Origin: Candidatus Woesearchaeota archaeon
Lineage (GTDB): Archaea > Nanobdellota > Nanobdellia > SCGC-AAA011-G17 > UBA489
Direction of reading: 5' to 3'
DNA length: 64,000 nucleotides
Assembly (NCBI GenBank): GCA_964343875.1
Contig: CAYFJW010000004.1
Coordinates: 18,395 to 82,394 of the forward strand
The notes beneath the pieces were generated by a model that was given only the letters and a program-made list of their open reading frames with translations, was not told the DNA's origin and ran no database searches. The position numbers and the translations under genes are program-made. This document shows, in pieces, positions 18,595 to 28,091 of this stretch; positions within the stretch are counted from its first letter, which is position 1; every line of letters starts with the position of its first letter.

Positions 18595-19753
18595 GGAAAT
18601 CTATTTGGATAATTCTGCTACAACCAGAATGGATATGGAAGTTAAGAAGGAGTTTGGCAAGTATTGTGTAGATGTTTATGGCAATCCTGGGAGTTTTCAT
18701 ACCGAAGGTTTGAAAGCTAAGCAAGCAGTTGCAAATGCACGTGAAAGAATTGCAAGGATATTGAATTGTAAAAGTTCTGAGATTGTTTTTACTTCGGGTG
18801 GAACTGAAAGTGTTAATTTAGCGATAAAGGGCTTGGCTAATGCGGGGAATAAGAAACAGATTATAACTACTAAAATTGAGCATCCTGCTGTTTTGGACAC
18901 TTGTGAGTTTTTGGAGAAGAAAGGGTTTGATGTGGTTTATCTGAACATTGATGAAGAAGGTGTTGTTGATATCGAACAATTAAAGAATGTTATTTCTGAG
19001 AGTACTTTGTTAGTTTCAATTATGTATGCTAATAACGAAATTGGAACTGTCCAAAACATTGCTGAGATTGGTAAGGTTTGCAAGGAACATAATGTTAAGT
19101 TTCATACTGATGCCTGCCAGGCTACAGGTTATTTGGATCTAGATGTTGCTAAGTTAAATGTTGATTTGATGACGTTGAATGGAAGTAAGGTTTATGGTCC
19201 TAAGGGCGTTGGTTTGTTGTATGTTAAATCTGGAACCGTGATTGAGCCGTTGATTCATGGAGGTGGGCAAGAGAATAATAAAAGATCTGGAACTGAGAAC
19301 GTCCCAGGAATAATGGCTTTTGCCAAGGCTTTAGAGATTAGCGAAGCTAAAAGAGATAAAGAAGTTGTTAGATTGACTAAGTTGAGGGATAAGCTGATTA
19401 GTGGTATCCTGAATACAATTCCTAAATCTAAGTTGAATGGTCATCCGTCGATGAGGCTGCCGAATAATGTGAATGTAAGTTTCTTAGACGTCGAAGGAGA
19501 GGCGATATTGCTTTATTTGGACTCTAAAGGAGTTTATGCATCTAGTGGTAGTGCCTGCACCTCTAAGACTCTTGATCCGTCCCATGTTGTAGTTGCTTTA
19601 GGTGTTCCTTATGAGTATGCTCATGGAAGTATTCGTTTTACACTGGGAAGGGAGACTACAGAAGGTGATGTGGATTATGTATTAGAAATATTACCGGAGA
19701 TTGTTTTTAAGTTGAGAAAAATATCGCCCTTTAATGTGGAGGTGAAGAAATGA
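18587..19753 (+). CDS. iscS: Cysteine desulfurase (IscS/NifS family), starting at MSKEIYLDNSATT
   Basis: Class-V aminotransferase fold with PLP-Lys context (TLNGSKVYGPKGVG) and active-site Cys loop (SSGSACTS). The first 23 codons of the track ORF are upstream read-through. Confidence 0.9.
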   Translation: MSKEIYLDNSATTRMDMEVKKEFGKYCVDVYGNPGSFHTEGLKAKQAVANARERIARILNCKSSEIVFTSGGTESVNLAIKGLANAGNKKQIITTKIEHPAVLDTCEFLEKKGFDVVYLNIDEEGVVDIEQLKNVISESTLLVSIMYANNEIGTVQNIAEIGKVCKEHNVKFHTDACQATGYLDLDVAKLNVDLMTLNGSKVYGPKGVGLLYVKSGTVIEPLIHGGGQENNKRSGTENVPGIMAFAKALEISEAKRDKEVVRLTKLRDKLISGILNTIPKSKLNGHPSMRLPNNVNVSFLDVEGEAILLYLDSKGVYASSGSACTSKTLDPSHVVVALGVPYEYAHGSIRFTLGRETTEGDVDYVLEILPEIVFKLRKISPFNVEVKK

Positions 19754-20403
19754 AGCTGGAAGTTATTGGAGCAGGGGTTAGTAAGGAGGGCAAGGATTGG
19801 TTTTATACAGAGAAAGTAAAAGATCATTTTTTCCATCCAAGGAATATCTTTAGAACTGTTGATGAGGTTAAAGATTTTAATGCTGATGGAGTTGGTTTGG
19901 TTGGGAGTCCTGCTTGCGGTGATGGAATGAAGATGTTTGTTAAGATTGAAGATGATAAAGTTAAGGATGTAAGGTGGCAAACTTATGGTTGTGGTACTGC
20001 GATTGCAAGTACTTCTGCGTTTAGTGTGATGTTATTGGAGAATGGTGGGTTGAAGATTGAAGAGGCTTTAAAGATTAAGCCTAAAGATATTGCTGATTAT
20101 TTGGGGGGCATCCCTCCTAGGAAGTTTCATTGTAGCGTTTTGGCTGATAAGGCTTTTAGGGAAGCAGTTAATGATTATTTTAAGAAGAGTGGACAAGAGG
20201 AGAGGGTTGTTGAAGGAAGTGCCAAGATTGTTGACAAAATATTAAAGATCACAGACCATGATATTGAGCATGCTGTTTTAGAAGGCGCGTTTGATTTTGA
20301 AGCCGTTCAAAAGAAAACTAAGGCTGGAATTCATGATAAAGAGTGTATTCCTGAAGTGAATAGGTTGATTAAAGTTTATAAAGAGAAGTATTTTGGAGAT
20401 TAA
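19750..20403 (+). CDS. iscU: IscU/NifU-type Fe-S scaffold with extended C-terminal domain
   Basis: GSPACGDGMKMFVKI, QTYGCGTAIASTSA and FHCSVLADKA are the three conserved IscU Cys motifs; start overlaps the iscS stop. Confidence 0.85.
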   Translation: MKLEVIGAGVSKEGKDWFYTEKVKDHFFHPRNIFRTVDEVKDFNADGVGLVGSPACGDGMKMFVKIEDDKVKDVRWQTYGCGTAIASTSAFSVMLLENGGLKIEEALKIKPKDIADYLGGIPPRKFHCSVLADKAFREAVNDYFKKSGQEERVVEGSAKIVDKILKITDHDIEHAVLEGAFDFEAVQKKTKAGIHDKECIPEVNRLIKVYKEKYFGD

Positions 20404-20986
20404 AATGGAGAAACTGGAGACTAAGAGAATTACAAAAGATATGACTATTGGTTCTATCTTGGAGTGTCATGCTGATAAGGCTATGAGGCTGTCTGAAATT
20501 ATGGCCGAAGCTGGATTGCATTGCGTTGGTTGTGGTGCTGCAACATTTGAAACACTTGAACAAGGCGTGATAGGCCACGGTTTTGATGAAGGTGTTTTAA
20601 ACAAACTTTTGGATAAGTTGAATGATGCTCTTGAAGAAAAAGAGATTGTTGTTGAAGAGGGGGAGCCTGTTGTTTTAACAGATGCGGCCATTGCTAAGGT
20701 TAAGGAAATAATGGCCAAGGAGAAGAAAGAGGGCTATGGTTTAAGGGTGGCCGTACTTGCTGGTGGTTGTGCAGGTTATTCATACGCCCTTAATTTGCAG
20801 GAGAGGCCTGAGAAAAGCGATGTTGCGTTTGAAGTTAAAGGTGTTAAGGTCTTTGTTGATAAGGAGAGCATCCATATCTTAAGTGGTACTGAAATTAATT
20901 ACATTGATTCTTTAGAAGAAAGTGGGTTTAAGTTCAGCAATCCTAATTCTAAGGGTAATTGTGGTTGCGGGAAGTCCTTTAATTGA
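20393..20986 (+). CDS. Fusion of a DUF1858 (redox-disulfide) domain with an A-type Fe-S carrier (IscA/SufA/HesB)
   Basis: N-terminal TIGSILECHADKAMRLSEIMAEAGLHCVGCG; C-terminal LRVAVLAGGCAGYSYALNL ... NPNSKGNCGCGKSF with the three A-type-carrier Cys. Confidence 0.7.
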   Translation: MEIKMEKLETKRITKDMTIGSILECHADKAMRLSEIMAEAGLHCVGCGAATFETLEQGVIGHGFDEGVLNKLLDKLNDALEEKEIVVEEGEPVVLTDAAIAKVKEIMAKEKKEGYGLRVAVLAGGCAGYSYALNLQERPEKSDVAFEVKGVKVFVDKESIHILSGTEINYIDSLEESGFKFSNPNSKGNCGCGKSFN

Positions 20987-21121
20987 GTCTTAAGATTGTG
21001 TAGCCTATAATTGAGCAGAGAATCGTTAATGCTAGCAGTCTTTTTTCTAAAATTAATAATTTCATGTTTAGTTTAAGTGAGGGTTATTCATATAGTTCTC
21101 TTTAGAAATGCCGGAATAATT

Positions 21122-21376
21122 TTAACAATATGTTACTTCTAGATCCCTGTCAACCCATCTGTAGTTTGTTAGTTTTGTTTCACAACAGTTTGTGAACGTT
21201 GTTGTCCTTGGTGTTGGAGATTGTGCGAATTCATAACACATACCTAGTTCTGCTGGTTTTTCTGGTTGTGTAGCCACAAGCCCAGTTGGGTTTGTAATCA
21301 TTTGTGCAGATAATAAAGTCGAAGCTAGAATAAATGTTACAGCTAGAACGAAATTCCTATCAGCTCTTATTTCCAT
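21122..21376 (-). CDS. Small secreted Cys-containing protein, hypothetical
   Basis: Signal-peptide-like N-terminus (FVLAVTFILASTLLSA); 84 aa. Confidence 0.35.
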   Translation of the reverse strand: MEIRADRNFVLAVTFILASTLLSAQMITNPTGLVATQPEKPAELGMCYEFAQSPTPRTTTFTNCCETKLTNYRWVDRDLEVTYC

Positions 21377-21414
21377 GGGATTTTTGTTGGGATTGGACTA
21401 TTTAAATGTTTCAT

Positions 21415-22089
21415 TTATTTGCTGTTTAAGCCAGCGTATTCGTCATTTATGACGTCAATGATCTTTTCAGCTTTTTTCTCGCCCATTTTGTTTATTTTCC
21501 TTAAATCAAGCTCTTTCGCCGTGAATAAGTGTCTTATACTTTTGAACTGTTTTAGGAGAGATTTTGCTAGTGTTGGTCCTACCCCTGGGAGTGATTCAAC
21601 AATGTATTCTTGTTGTTCTTTTATTGTTGGGGCCTTTCTTTTTGGAATTAGTGAATAATGTCTTGCTGGTTTTTCCATTCTTTTTGCAATTACTGAAAGC
21701 AATGATGCAGTGTCTTTTGATGTTTTTGTATGTATTGTTGGTATTTGGAAATCAATCGCAATTGATGCAAGCATTCCTCGGATTGCATTTGGGTGGAAAT
21801 TTCTTAGTGTGTAGATGTTTTTGTCACCTTCAATTATTAGTAATTGTTTTGTGAAGTTTCTTTTTAGTTCTAATAGTTGTCTTAGAATTCTTTTGTCCAT
21901 TATTGAGTTCAGGAAGTCAACTTGTGTTTTCTTTTCTATTCCTAGTGCATGAACATTTCCTTTGATGTCTTTTGTTTCAATTATGAAGTCGGCTACTTCT
22001 AGTTGCTTCATCTTTACATCAAAACCTTTCTTAGCTAGGTCTATGACTATTCCTGATTTCTTTTCCCTGTGATCAACTAGTATCTTCAT
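21415..22089 (-). CDS. XPF/Hef-type ERCC4 nuclease domain with C-terminal HhH2
   Basis: ILVDHREKKSG, LEVADFII, ERKtqvDfl-type segment GIEKKTQVDFLNSI, IIEGD, and HhH LPGVGPTLAKSLL. Overlaps the upstream helicase gene by 17 nt in another frame. Confidence 0.8.
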   Translation of the reverse strand: MKILVDHREKKSGIVIDLAKKGFDVKMKQLEVADFIIETKDIKGNVHALGIEKKTQVDFLNSIMDKRILRQLLELKRNFTKQLLIIEGDKNIYTLRNFHPNAIRGMLASIAIDFQIPTIHTKTSKDTASLLSVIAKRMEKPARHYSLIPKRKAPTIKEQQEYIVESLPGVGPTLAKSLLKQFKSIRHLFTAKELDLRKINKMGEKKAEKIIDVINDEYAGLNSK

Positions 22090-23572
22090 TTAAGTTCCTC
22101 TTCATGTAGTTTAGTAGGTTATGCATCTTAACTTCTTTTCTTTTTGCCGTCCAAAGCATTGCTTCATCTAGGGTTTTTTCAGCTATGAGGTTTATTATCT
22201 TTCCTGGCTTTATTCTCGCAACCCTTCCAGAACGCTGTATCTTCCTTATTTCGGAGGCTGTATGGTCATAGAATATTGCCAGGTCTAAAGAGCCTATTGA
22301 GATTCCTTCCTCTCCAATTGATGTGCAGATTAATGTGTTGAACTCGTTTTTGTTGAATTTATCTATTGTTGAGAGTTGATATTTTTGTGTTACTCCATTC
22401 TTTTGTCCAACCAATGTTGTTGGTTTTATTTTGTTTAGGTTAGATAGTTCTTTTTTTATTTCGTCTACTGTGGATCTGTAATTTGCAAAGACAATTACTT
22501 TTAGGTTGGGATTTGTGTTGTACTCTTGTTTTAATATTTCTAGTAATTTTTTGAACTTTGGATGTTGTTCTTTTGATTTGACTAATTCATCTGTTAGTTG
22601 GATGCTTTTTTCGACTAGTTTATTTTTAATTAGGTTTTTTGATGCCTTACTGCTTTCATTTTTTAGTTTATTGAAGTAATCACTTAATGCCTTTGGGGTT
22701 TGTGTTTCAATTAGGCCTATTGCGTGGTTTACCTTAATCATTTCCGCCACTTCTGAAACTCCACGATATGCGGCGAAATCTCCACTTTTGATTCTTTTTT
22801 GGAAGCTTTTTTGGTACATCAATAAGTCTGTTTTGTTAATTGCTGATGGGGGTTTTGTAAATCCATATTTTTTTAATCCCGCTGCCTTGGCCTTGTAGAA
22901 GGATCTAAGGTTGTTTTGAATCTTTTGAAATTTATCTGGAAGTTTGACTTTGATGTTTTCATTCTCTTTTGTTTGTAAGTGGTCTGATAGATCTTCATCT
23001 ACCTCTGTTCTGAGTTCTATGTTTTTTATGAATAAGTTTGAACACACTTCAGATACTTTCTCTTTTGTAGCTCCAGGTGATGCTGTTAATGCTAGTATTA
23101 ATTGATTTTTTGCCTGAGTATGATACTCTTTTGCTACAATTGTATTTGCAAACCTTTCTTTTGAGCGGTGACATTCATCGACTATTAAGAGAGAAGTGTC
23201 TTTTAGAGATATTCTTTTGTTTTTTAGATCAAATTGTATTGTTTGAGGTGTTGCTACGATTACTTGGGAGTTGTTGAATAATTCTTTTCTTGTTTTGGGT
23301 TTTATTGTTCCTGTTAGTAGTGTGACTTCTTCCTTTGGTATGTTTGTTGAATCTTTGATTTCTTTTGCTATTTGTGAAGACAATGGTTTTGTTGGAGAGA
23401 CAATTATGGCCTTACTTTTTGGGAACTTGTTCAGCCTTTCAACTAGGAGCATTATTGCAAGCTTGGTTTTTCCCGTTCCTGTCGGTAGGCAGACTAACGT
23501 GTTCTTGTTCCCTATTGAATTGTGGATGTTTTTTTGGTATTCTCTTGGTGTGAACTTCTCTATTCTGTACAT
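22073..23572 (-). CDS. hef: Hef-like SF2 helicase (helicase half of Hef)
   Basis: Walker A LVCLPTGTGKTKLA, DECH box (LIVDECHRS), C-terminal helicase motifs (TSIGEEGISIG, QRSGRVAR); 499 aa. Confidence 0.85.
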   Translation of the reverse strand: MYRIEKFTPREYQKNIHNSIGNKNTLVCLPTGTGKTKLAIMLLVERLNKFPKSKAIIVSPTKPLSSQIAKEIKDSTNIPKEEVTLLTGTIKPKTRKELFNNSQVIVATPQTIQFDLKNKRISLKDTSLLIVDECHRSKERFANTIVAKEYHTQAKNQLILALTASPGATKEKVSEVCSNLFIKNIELRTEVDEDLSDHLQTKENENIKVKLPDKFQKIQNNLRSFYKAKAAGLKKYGFTKPPSAINKTDLLMYQKSFQKRIKSGDFAAYRGVSEVAEMIKVNHAIGLIETQTPKALSDYFNKLKNESSKASKNLIKNKLVEKSIQLTDELVKSKEQHPKFKKLLEILKQEYNTNPNLKVIVFANYRSTVDEIKKELSNLNKIKPTTLVGQKNGVTQKYQLSTIDKFNKNEFNTLICTSIGEEGISIGSLDLAIFYDHTASEIRKIQRSGRVARIKPGKIINLIAEKTLDEAMLWTAKRKEVKMHNLLNYMKRNLNEDTS

Positions 23573-23612
23573 TTTGGCTAATCCTTAAAAACCCTCGTCT
23601 GTTGGAAGGAGT

Positions 23613-23888
23613 ATGATTGTTCAATTGTTTGGGATGTTGGATGTTTATATTGGTTTGTTGCTTGTTTTGGCTAATTTTGGTGTGTCTGGCCCTTTTGTGA
23701 TGATAGCTATTGTTTTACTCCTTATTAAATCTCTCGTGTTTTTTGGTGGGATGTTGAGCTTTTTGGACATTTTTGGGGGGCTGATGCTTTTGGCTATGTT
23801 ACTTGTAGGGATATCGGTCTATCCATTAGTTCTCTGGTTGTTTGTGTTGTGGTTCTTGCAGAAAGGGCTCTTCAGTTTCTTGCATTAA
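23613..23888 (+). CDS. Small membrane protein (3 TM helices), hypothetical
   Basis: Sits in an intergenic gap with no overlap; strongly hydrophobic 91-aa ORF. Confidence 0.35.
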   Translation: MIVQLFGMLDVYIGLLLVLANFGVSGPFVMIAIVLLLIKSLVFFGGMLSFLDIFGGLMLLAMLLVGISVYPLVLWLFVLWFLQKGLFSFLH

Positions 23889-24638
23889 CTATTTCTCTTT
23901 TTTAACGTACACAAGAATGTAATATGCTATCATCATTATTAGTGATAGAAGGACTCCAAGGAGAATCGAACCCCCGAAGGTTAGCGCTTTTGATAGATAA
24001 AATGAAAGTATTATTGCTGCTAGTGAGAAAATGTATAGTGCTGGCGTGCCCATGAAGACCCATGTACCATTTAGTCTTGAAAGTGGTAGCATTGTGGAGA
24101 AAGCAATTGAGAAGGGGATTATTGAAATGATTGCAAGGTTTGAGTTGATATTGGTTATGAAGATTGCGATTATTGTTAATGTTATTGGGCCCATTAACGA
24201 GATCAGTGCTAGTTCTCTATCTGTTGGTTTTTCAAACTTCTTTCCCGCTCGTCCTGTTTTTGAACCGGTGTATTCTGGGCAGAGTATTGCAGAGAAGAAT
24301 AATTTACCTAGGCTTAATACAGAAATTAAGACTGGAAATATGGCCCAGGCAGGAAACCCTTTTCCCCAAAATCTCGTAGACCTTGTGATCCCATATCTCT
24401 TTATATGCCAGAGTGAAAACTTTGTTGATATCCCTTTTCCAGCAGAGTAAGATTTTGTGATCTTTACGAAGATCATTATGAATATCAAAGACATTACAAA
24501 TTGGAGAATAAAGTTCTTTATCCAGAAAAAGAGGTTAAAGACGGACGAACCATCATCAAAACCGAAGACAATGGCGAGAATAAAAGCAGCAATAACTATT
24601 GCTTTAAGTTCTTGCCAGTTTGTTTTTTCATTGGCCAT
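23889..24638 (-). CDS. Polytopic membrane protein, hypothetical
   Basis: 249 aa with about 7 hydrophobic segments. Confidence 0.45.
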   Translation of the reverse strand: MANEKTNWQELKAIVIAAFILAIVFGFDDGSSVFNLFFWIKNFILQFVMSLIFIMIFVKITKSYSAGKGISTKFSLWHIKRYGITRSTRFWGKGFPAWAIFPVLISVLSLGKLFFSAILCPEYTGSKTGRAGKKFEKPTDRELALISLMGPITLTIIAIFITNINSNLAIISIIPFSIAFSTMLPLSRLNGTWVFMGTPALYIFSLAAIILSFYLSKALTFGGSILLGVLLSLIMMIAYYILVYVKKEK

Positions 24639-25303
24639 TTTTGTTTTTTCAGTAAGTTTGTTATTCCACTGATATGTCCAGCCCCAACAACCGCGACCAC
24701 TTTATTATTATCTCTTGCAATTTTATATAAGCCTTTTGACATGTGTATGTCTCTGTTTATTATTAGTATCTTGTATAATGAAGGGTAAAAGACCTTCAAT
24801 TGTTGTGAGAGTTCGATTATCTTGTCTTCTGAGGGAACTTTTGAAATGTCAAATCCTCTGTGTTTCTTTTTTATGAATAAAACTTTTAGAAACTCCTTTG
24901 CGAATCTTATTTTTTCTTTCCATGTTATGTTCTTTGATATTTCTTTTAGTGTTGATTTAATGTCTTTGTCAATTAGTGCTATAGGGATGTTTTCTTTTTT
25001 TGCAATCTTTGCTGCTTGTTTCATTTCTGCTCCGGGGGACGATCTAGTTATCTTACTTATTTTTTTCTCAAGCCATGCTCCGAGTAGGCCGAAGATGTAA
25101 CCTTTAATTCCAATTTGTCTTATTGCTTTTATGACCGAGCCTTTTTTCCTTTTGTGGACGATTGTAAGGAACCTGTCTCTGTCTAGTTCGACTGCAACCA
25201 CATTTGGCTTCTCTTTTAAGATGGTATTTTTAACATCGGCTAGGCTGTCTTTTGACACATGAGAGGTGCCAACAAATACGATATTTTTAAATTGCTTTAT
25301 CAT
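24596..25303 (-). CDS. TraB/PrgY/GumN-family protein
   Basis: NIVFVGTSHVSKDS ... VVAVELDRDR ... KVVAVVGAGHISGI match TraB-family signatures. Confidence 0.7.
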   Translation of the reverse strand: MIKQFKNIVFVGTSHVSKDSLADVKNTILKEKPNVVAVELDRDRFLTIVHKRKKGSVIKAIRQIGIKGYIFGLLGAWLEKKISKITRSSPGAEMKQAAKIAKKENIPIALIDKDIKSTLKEISKNITWKEKIRFAKEFLKVLFIKKKHRGFDISKVPSEDKIIELSQQLKVFYPSLYKILIINRDIHMSKGLYKIARDNNKVVAVVGAGHISGITNLLKKQKWPMKKQTGKNLKQ

Positions 25304-25371
25304 ATGGGTAAATAATACGGAAACTTTTATAAAGATTGGGCTATCAATTAGCTTGTTTTGGAGGATTACAA

Positions 25372-25677
25372 ATGCTTAAGCTAAAAAAGATGACTTCGGT
25401 GTATGACATGAAAGTATTTACTGATTCTGGTGATTATTTTGGCGATGTGGAAGAAGCAATTGTCACCATGACTAAGATTTTTGGTTGGAGAATAAGAGCA
25501 ACTAGAAATTCATCGCTTTCCAAGGTTCTTGGTGGAGCAAAAGGCGTTATAGTTCCTCACAGATTAGTTAAGGCTGTGGGAGATATTATGGTAATAAGTA
25601 AAACAGCAATTCCAGAATATGGAGAGGTTGGCGAGGGCGAACCTGTTGCTGAGGAAAGTATGCAAGAAGGAGCTTAG
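25372..25677 (+). CDS. PRC-barrel domain protein, likely starting at MLKLKK
   Basis: KKMTSVYDMKVFTDSGDYFGDVEEAIV ... GVIVPHRLVKAVGDIMVI fits the PRC-barrel fold. Confidence 0.5.
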   Translation: MLKLKKMTSVYDMKVFTDSGDYFGDVEEAIVTMTKIFGWRIRATRNSSLSKVLGGAKGVIVPHRLVKAVGDIMVISKTAIPEYGEVGEGEPVAEESMQEGA

Positions 25678-25702
25678 TTCCAAAAAAAGATGAGGTGATT
25701 AG

Positions 25703-26242
25703 TTGGTTTCTCCACTATACGGTTCGATAGAGTTTATGAAATCCTTTGGGATTTTTGATATAGTTTTACCTTTCTTATTAGTTTTTACAGTTATATTTGG
25801 TATCCTTGAAAAGACGAAAGTTTTTGGGAAGGAAGGGGATAGTTCTAGAAAAAACCTTAATGCGATGGTTGCTTTTACTATTGCGTTCTTTGTTGTTGCT
25901 GCGACGCAGATAGTTGCGTTGATGCAGACTGCCTTACCTTATATGATGTTTTTGTTAATACTGATAATTATGTTTATGATCTTGTTTGGTTCTACAATTG
26001 GGGAGGGTGAGTTGAACCTTTGGGAACAGTTTACTAGTAAGAAAACAAAAGGGATATTCGCTTTTGGAATCTTCATTGCGATAATTGCTATTGTCCTTGG
26101 GGCGATGGGGATGCTTGAGAGCTTGATAGATTGGTTGTTTTTGCATGTTACAGGTCCTGTGCTTTCTACAGTGATTCTATTATTGATTGTTGGGATCTTT
26201 ATGTGGATTGTTGTTGGTGGCAAGGACGAGAAAAAGGAATAA
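25703..26242 (+). CDS. Paralogous 4-TM membrane protein, first of three tandem copies
   Basis: Shared N-terminal pattern FGIFDIVLPFLLVFTVIFGILEKTKVFG with the next two genes. Confidence 0.5.
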   Translation: MVSPLYGSIEFMKSFGIFDIVLPFLLVFTVIFGILEKTKVFGKEGDSSRKNLNAMVAFTIAFFVVAATQIVALMQTALPYMMFLLILIIMFMILFGSTIGEGELNLWEQFTSKKTKGIFAFGIFIAIIAIVLGAMGMLESLIDWLFLHVTGPVLSTVILLLIVGIFMWIVVGGKDEKKE

Positions 26243-26307
26243 TTATTCTATGCAAAAAGTATTAAAAGGGATTAGTCCTTGGAATATTGTTATGAGGTGT
26301 GGACTGA

Positions 26308-26865
26308 ATGGATTTTTATGAGCTCCTGGGGAACTTTGATCAAATAGGTGGTTTTGATCTGTTGTTACCCTTTATTCTTGTGTTTACTTTGGTGTTTGCA
26401 GTCCTGCAGAAGATTAATCTGTTTGGGAGTGGCAAGAAGAATATCAACATGATTGTTTCTTTGGTAGTTGCGATCTTCTTTTTGAACAATACTTACTTGA
26501 TATTCATACTTCAGAAGTTCTTGCCTAATGTGTCAATTATATTAATAGTGTTCTTGATGTTCTTGTTATTGATTGGTGTCTTCGGTGGTGAGACGGATTT
26601 CAAAGAGGGAATGCTTGGATGGGCATTTATAGTTTCACTAATTGCGATTGGTTTTGCATTGTTTTCAGATATGTTTAATCCTATGTCCAGCCAAGGCGGA
26701 GGAATATCTGCGTGGTGGTATGAACTCATTGGACCTGGAAACACTGGGATGGTTTGGGCATTGTTCTTTTTAGTGATATTTATATTCTTTATTACGAGGG
26801 ATCCTAATCCTGAAAAGGGATTTGGTCATTACATAGAACAGTTAGGGAAGAAGATTAAGAAGTAA
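26308..26865 (+). CDS. Paralogous 4-TM membrane protein, second of three tandem copies
   Basis: GGFDLLLPFILVFTLVFAVLQKINLFG parallels the first copy. Confidence 0.5.
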   Translation: MDFYELLGNFDQIGGFDLLLPFILVFTLVFAVLQKINLFGSGKKNINMIVSLVVAIFFLNNTYLIFILQKFLPNVSIILIVFLMFLLLIGVFGGETDFKEGMLGWAFIVSLIAIGFALFSDMFNPMSSQGGGISAWWYELIGPGNTGMVWALFFLVIFIFFITRDPNPEKGFGHYIEQLGKKIKK

Positions 26866-26866
26866 G

Positions 26867-27382
26867 ATGGCAACAATATTAGAAGCAAGCGGGTTGGGAA
26901 GTATCGTTAGTATGATCCTTGTGTTCTTGTTTGTTTTTGTGGTTGTTTTTGCACTGTTGAAAAAAGCTAAGTTTTTCGGTGGCGATGGATTTGATGCAAT
27001 TATTGCGTTTGTGTTTGCTACATTTACTATAATGGTTCCCGAGACTCAGGTTGTTGTTGGGAATTTCTTACCTTGGTTCTTCATATTCTTTTTGTTAGCG
27101 TTAGTTATATTCATGTTCTTTATGTTCATGGGTGTTAAAGGGGAGACTATTGGAGGCCTTGCTAAAGAGCCGTTTATACAAGTGATTGCTATCGGAGCTA
27201 TTATTGCATTGTTCTTTATTTCGATGACAAAGGCATTTGGACCTTTCTTGTTGGTTGATCCTAGTGCTACTGGATTTTGGGCAACCACTAAAAGATTTAT
27301 ATTTACTAGGCATTTCCTGGGCGTTGTAGTGCTGTTCTTTGTTGGTGCTTACTCTATTACCTTTTTGTCGGGTAATGATTAA
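26867..27382 (+). CDS. Paralogous 4-TM membrane protein, third of three tandem copies
   Basis: GSIVSMILVFLFVFVVVFALLKKAKFFG parallels the first two copies; starts 2 nt after the previous stop. Confidence 0.5.
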   Translation: MATILEASGLGSIVSMILVFLFVFVVVFALLKKAKFFGGDGFDAIIAFVFATFTIMVPETQVVVGNFLPWFFIFFLLALVIFMFFMFMGVKGETIGGLAKEPFIQVIAIGAIIALFFISMTKAFGPFLLVDPSATGFWATTKRFIFTRHFLGVVVLFFVGAYSITFLSGND

Positions 27383-28078
27383 TTATTTTTTAAGATCTTT
27401 TAGAATCTTCTCTAGTTCCTTTACGTTGTTTGTTAAAGGATTGATTATGTTTGAGAGTAGTTTGCCTAGCGCCTTTATTTCTACTCCTACATCTGTTACT
27501 GATTCATCATATTCTCTTACTTTTCCAATAACTGAGTTTTGAAGGTTTTCAAATCTGTTTTCAACTCTCATTACTTCCTGTTTGATTGCATCAATGTCGT
27601 TTGAAATTTTATCTTTCCATGAAAGGATGTCTCCGAATTCTTCCGTCATCTTCTGCCATTTTTCATGGATAATTGATTCTGCAATTTCTTCAATGTCTTC
27701 AGTTGTTGCACCCAGATTTGATGAAGGATAATTAAATGATTCTTGTTCTGGCCAAGCTTGTGGTTGGTAACTTTCTTGCATTGGTTCCATTTGCGGTTCT
27801 TGTATTGCTGGTTCTGATGGTGCGGGTGGTTCGGGGGTCGTTGGTTCATTGCCTTCTGAATACAGAACTGAAGGTTCCATTTTACCTGGTGATTCAGTTG
27901 GTGGTTGTGCTACTGGCTCTGCTGTAGGGCTTGCTTGTGATTTGTTAAGCGCTTCAGAAATTTGTTGGAAAGAATAACCTTCTCCTTGAAGGGTTTGGAT
28001 TATCTCTGTATTTGATTTTCCACTGCCTTGGAGCTCGTGTACTTTATTTATTGGCGTATCTTCTGGCAATCTCATCAA
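27383..28078 (-). CDS. Hypothetical protein: N-terminal HTH-like segment, Pro/Glu-rich linker, C-terminal coiled coil
   Basis: 231 aa with a PTAEPVAQPPTESP...TTPEPPAPSEP low-complexity linker and a heptad-rich C-terminus. Lies divergent from the pilus ATPase gene. Confidence 0.5.
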   Translation of the reverse strand: MMRLPEDTPINKVHELQGSGKSNTEIIQTLQGEGYSFQQISEALNKSQASPTAEPVAQPPTESPGKMEPSVLYSEGNEPTTPEPPAPSEPAIQEPQMEPMQESYQPQAWPEQESFNYPSSNLGATTEDIEEIAESIIHEKWQKMTEEFGDILSWKDKISNDIDAIKQEVMRVENRFENLQNSVIGKVREYDESVTDVGVEIKALGKLLSNIINPLTNNVKELEKILKDLKK

Positions 28079-28091
28079 CCTCTTTCATAAT

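Noticed and set aside
23077-23588. Several + strand ORFs (23077..23277, 23271..23588, 23365..23553)
   Set aside because: Antisense shadows inside the Hef helicase gene.
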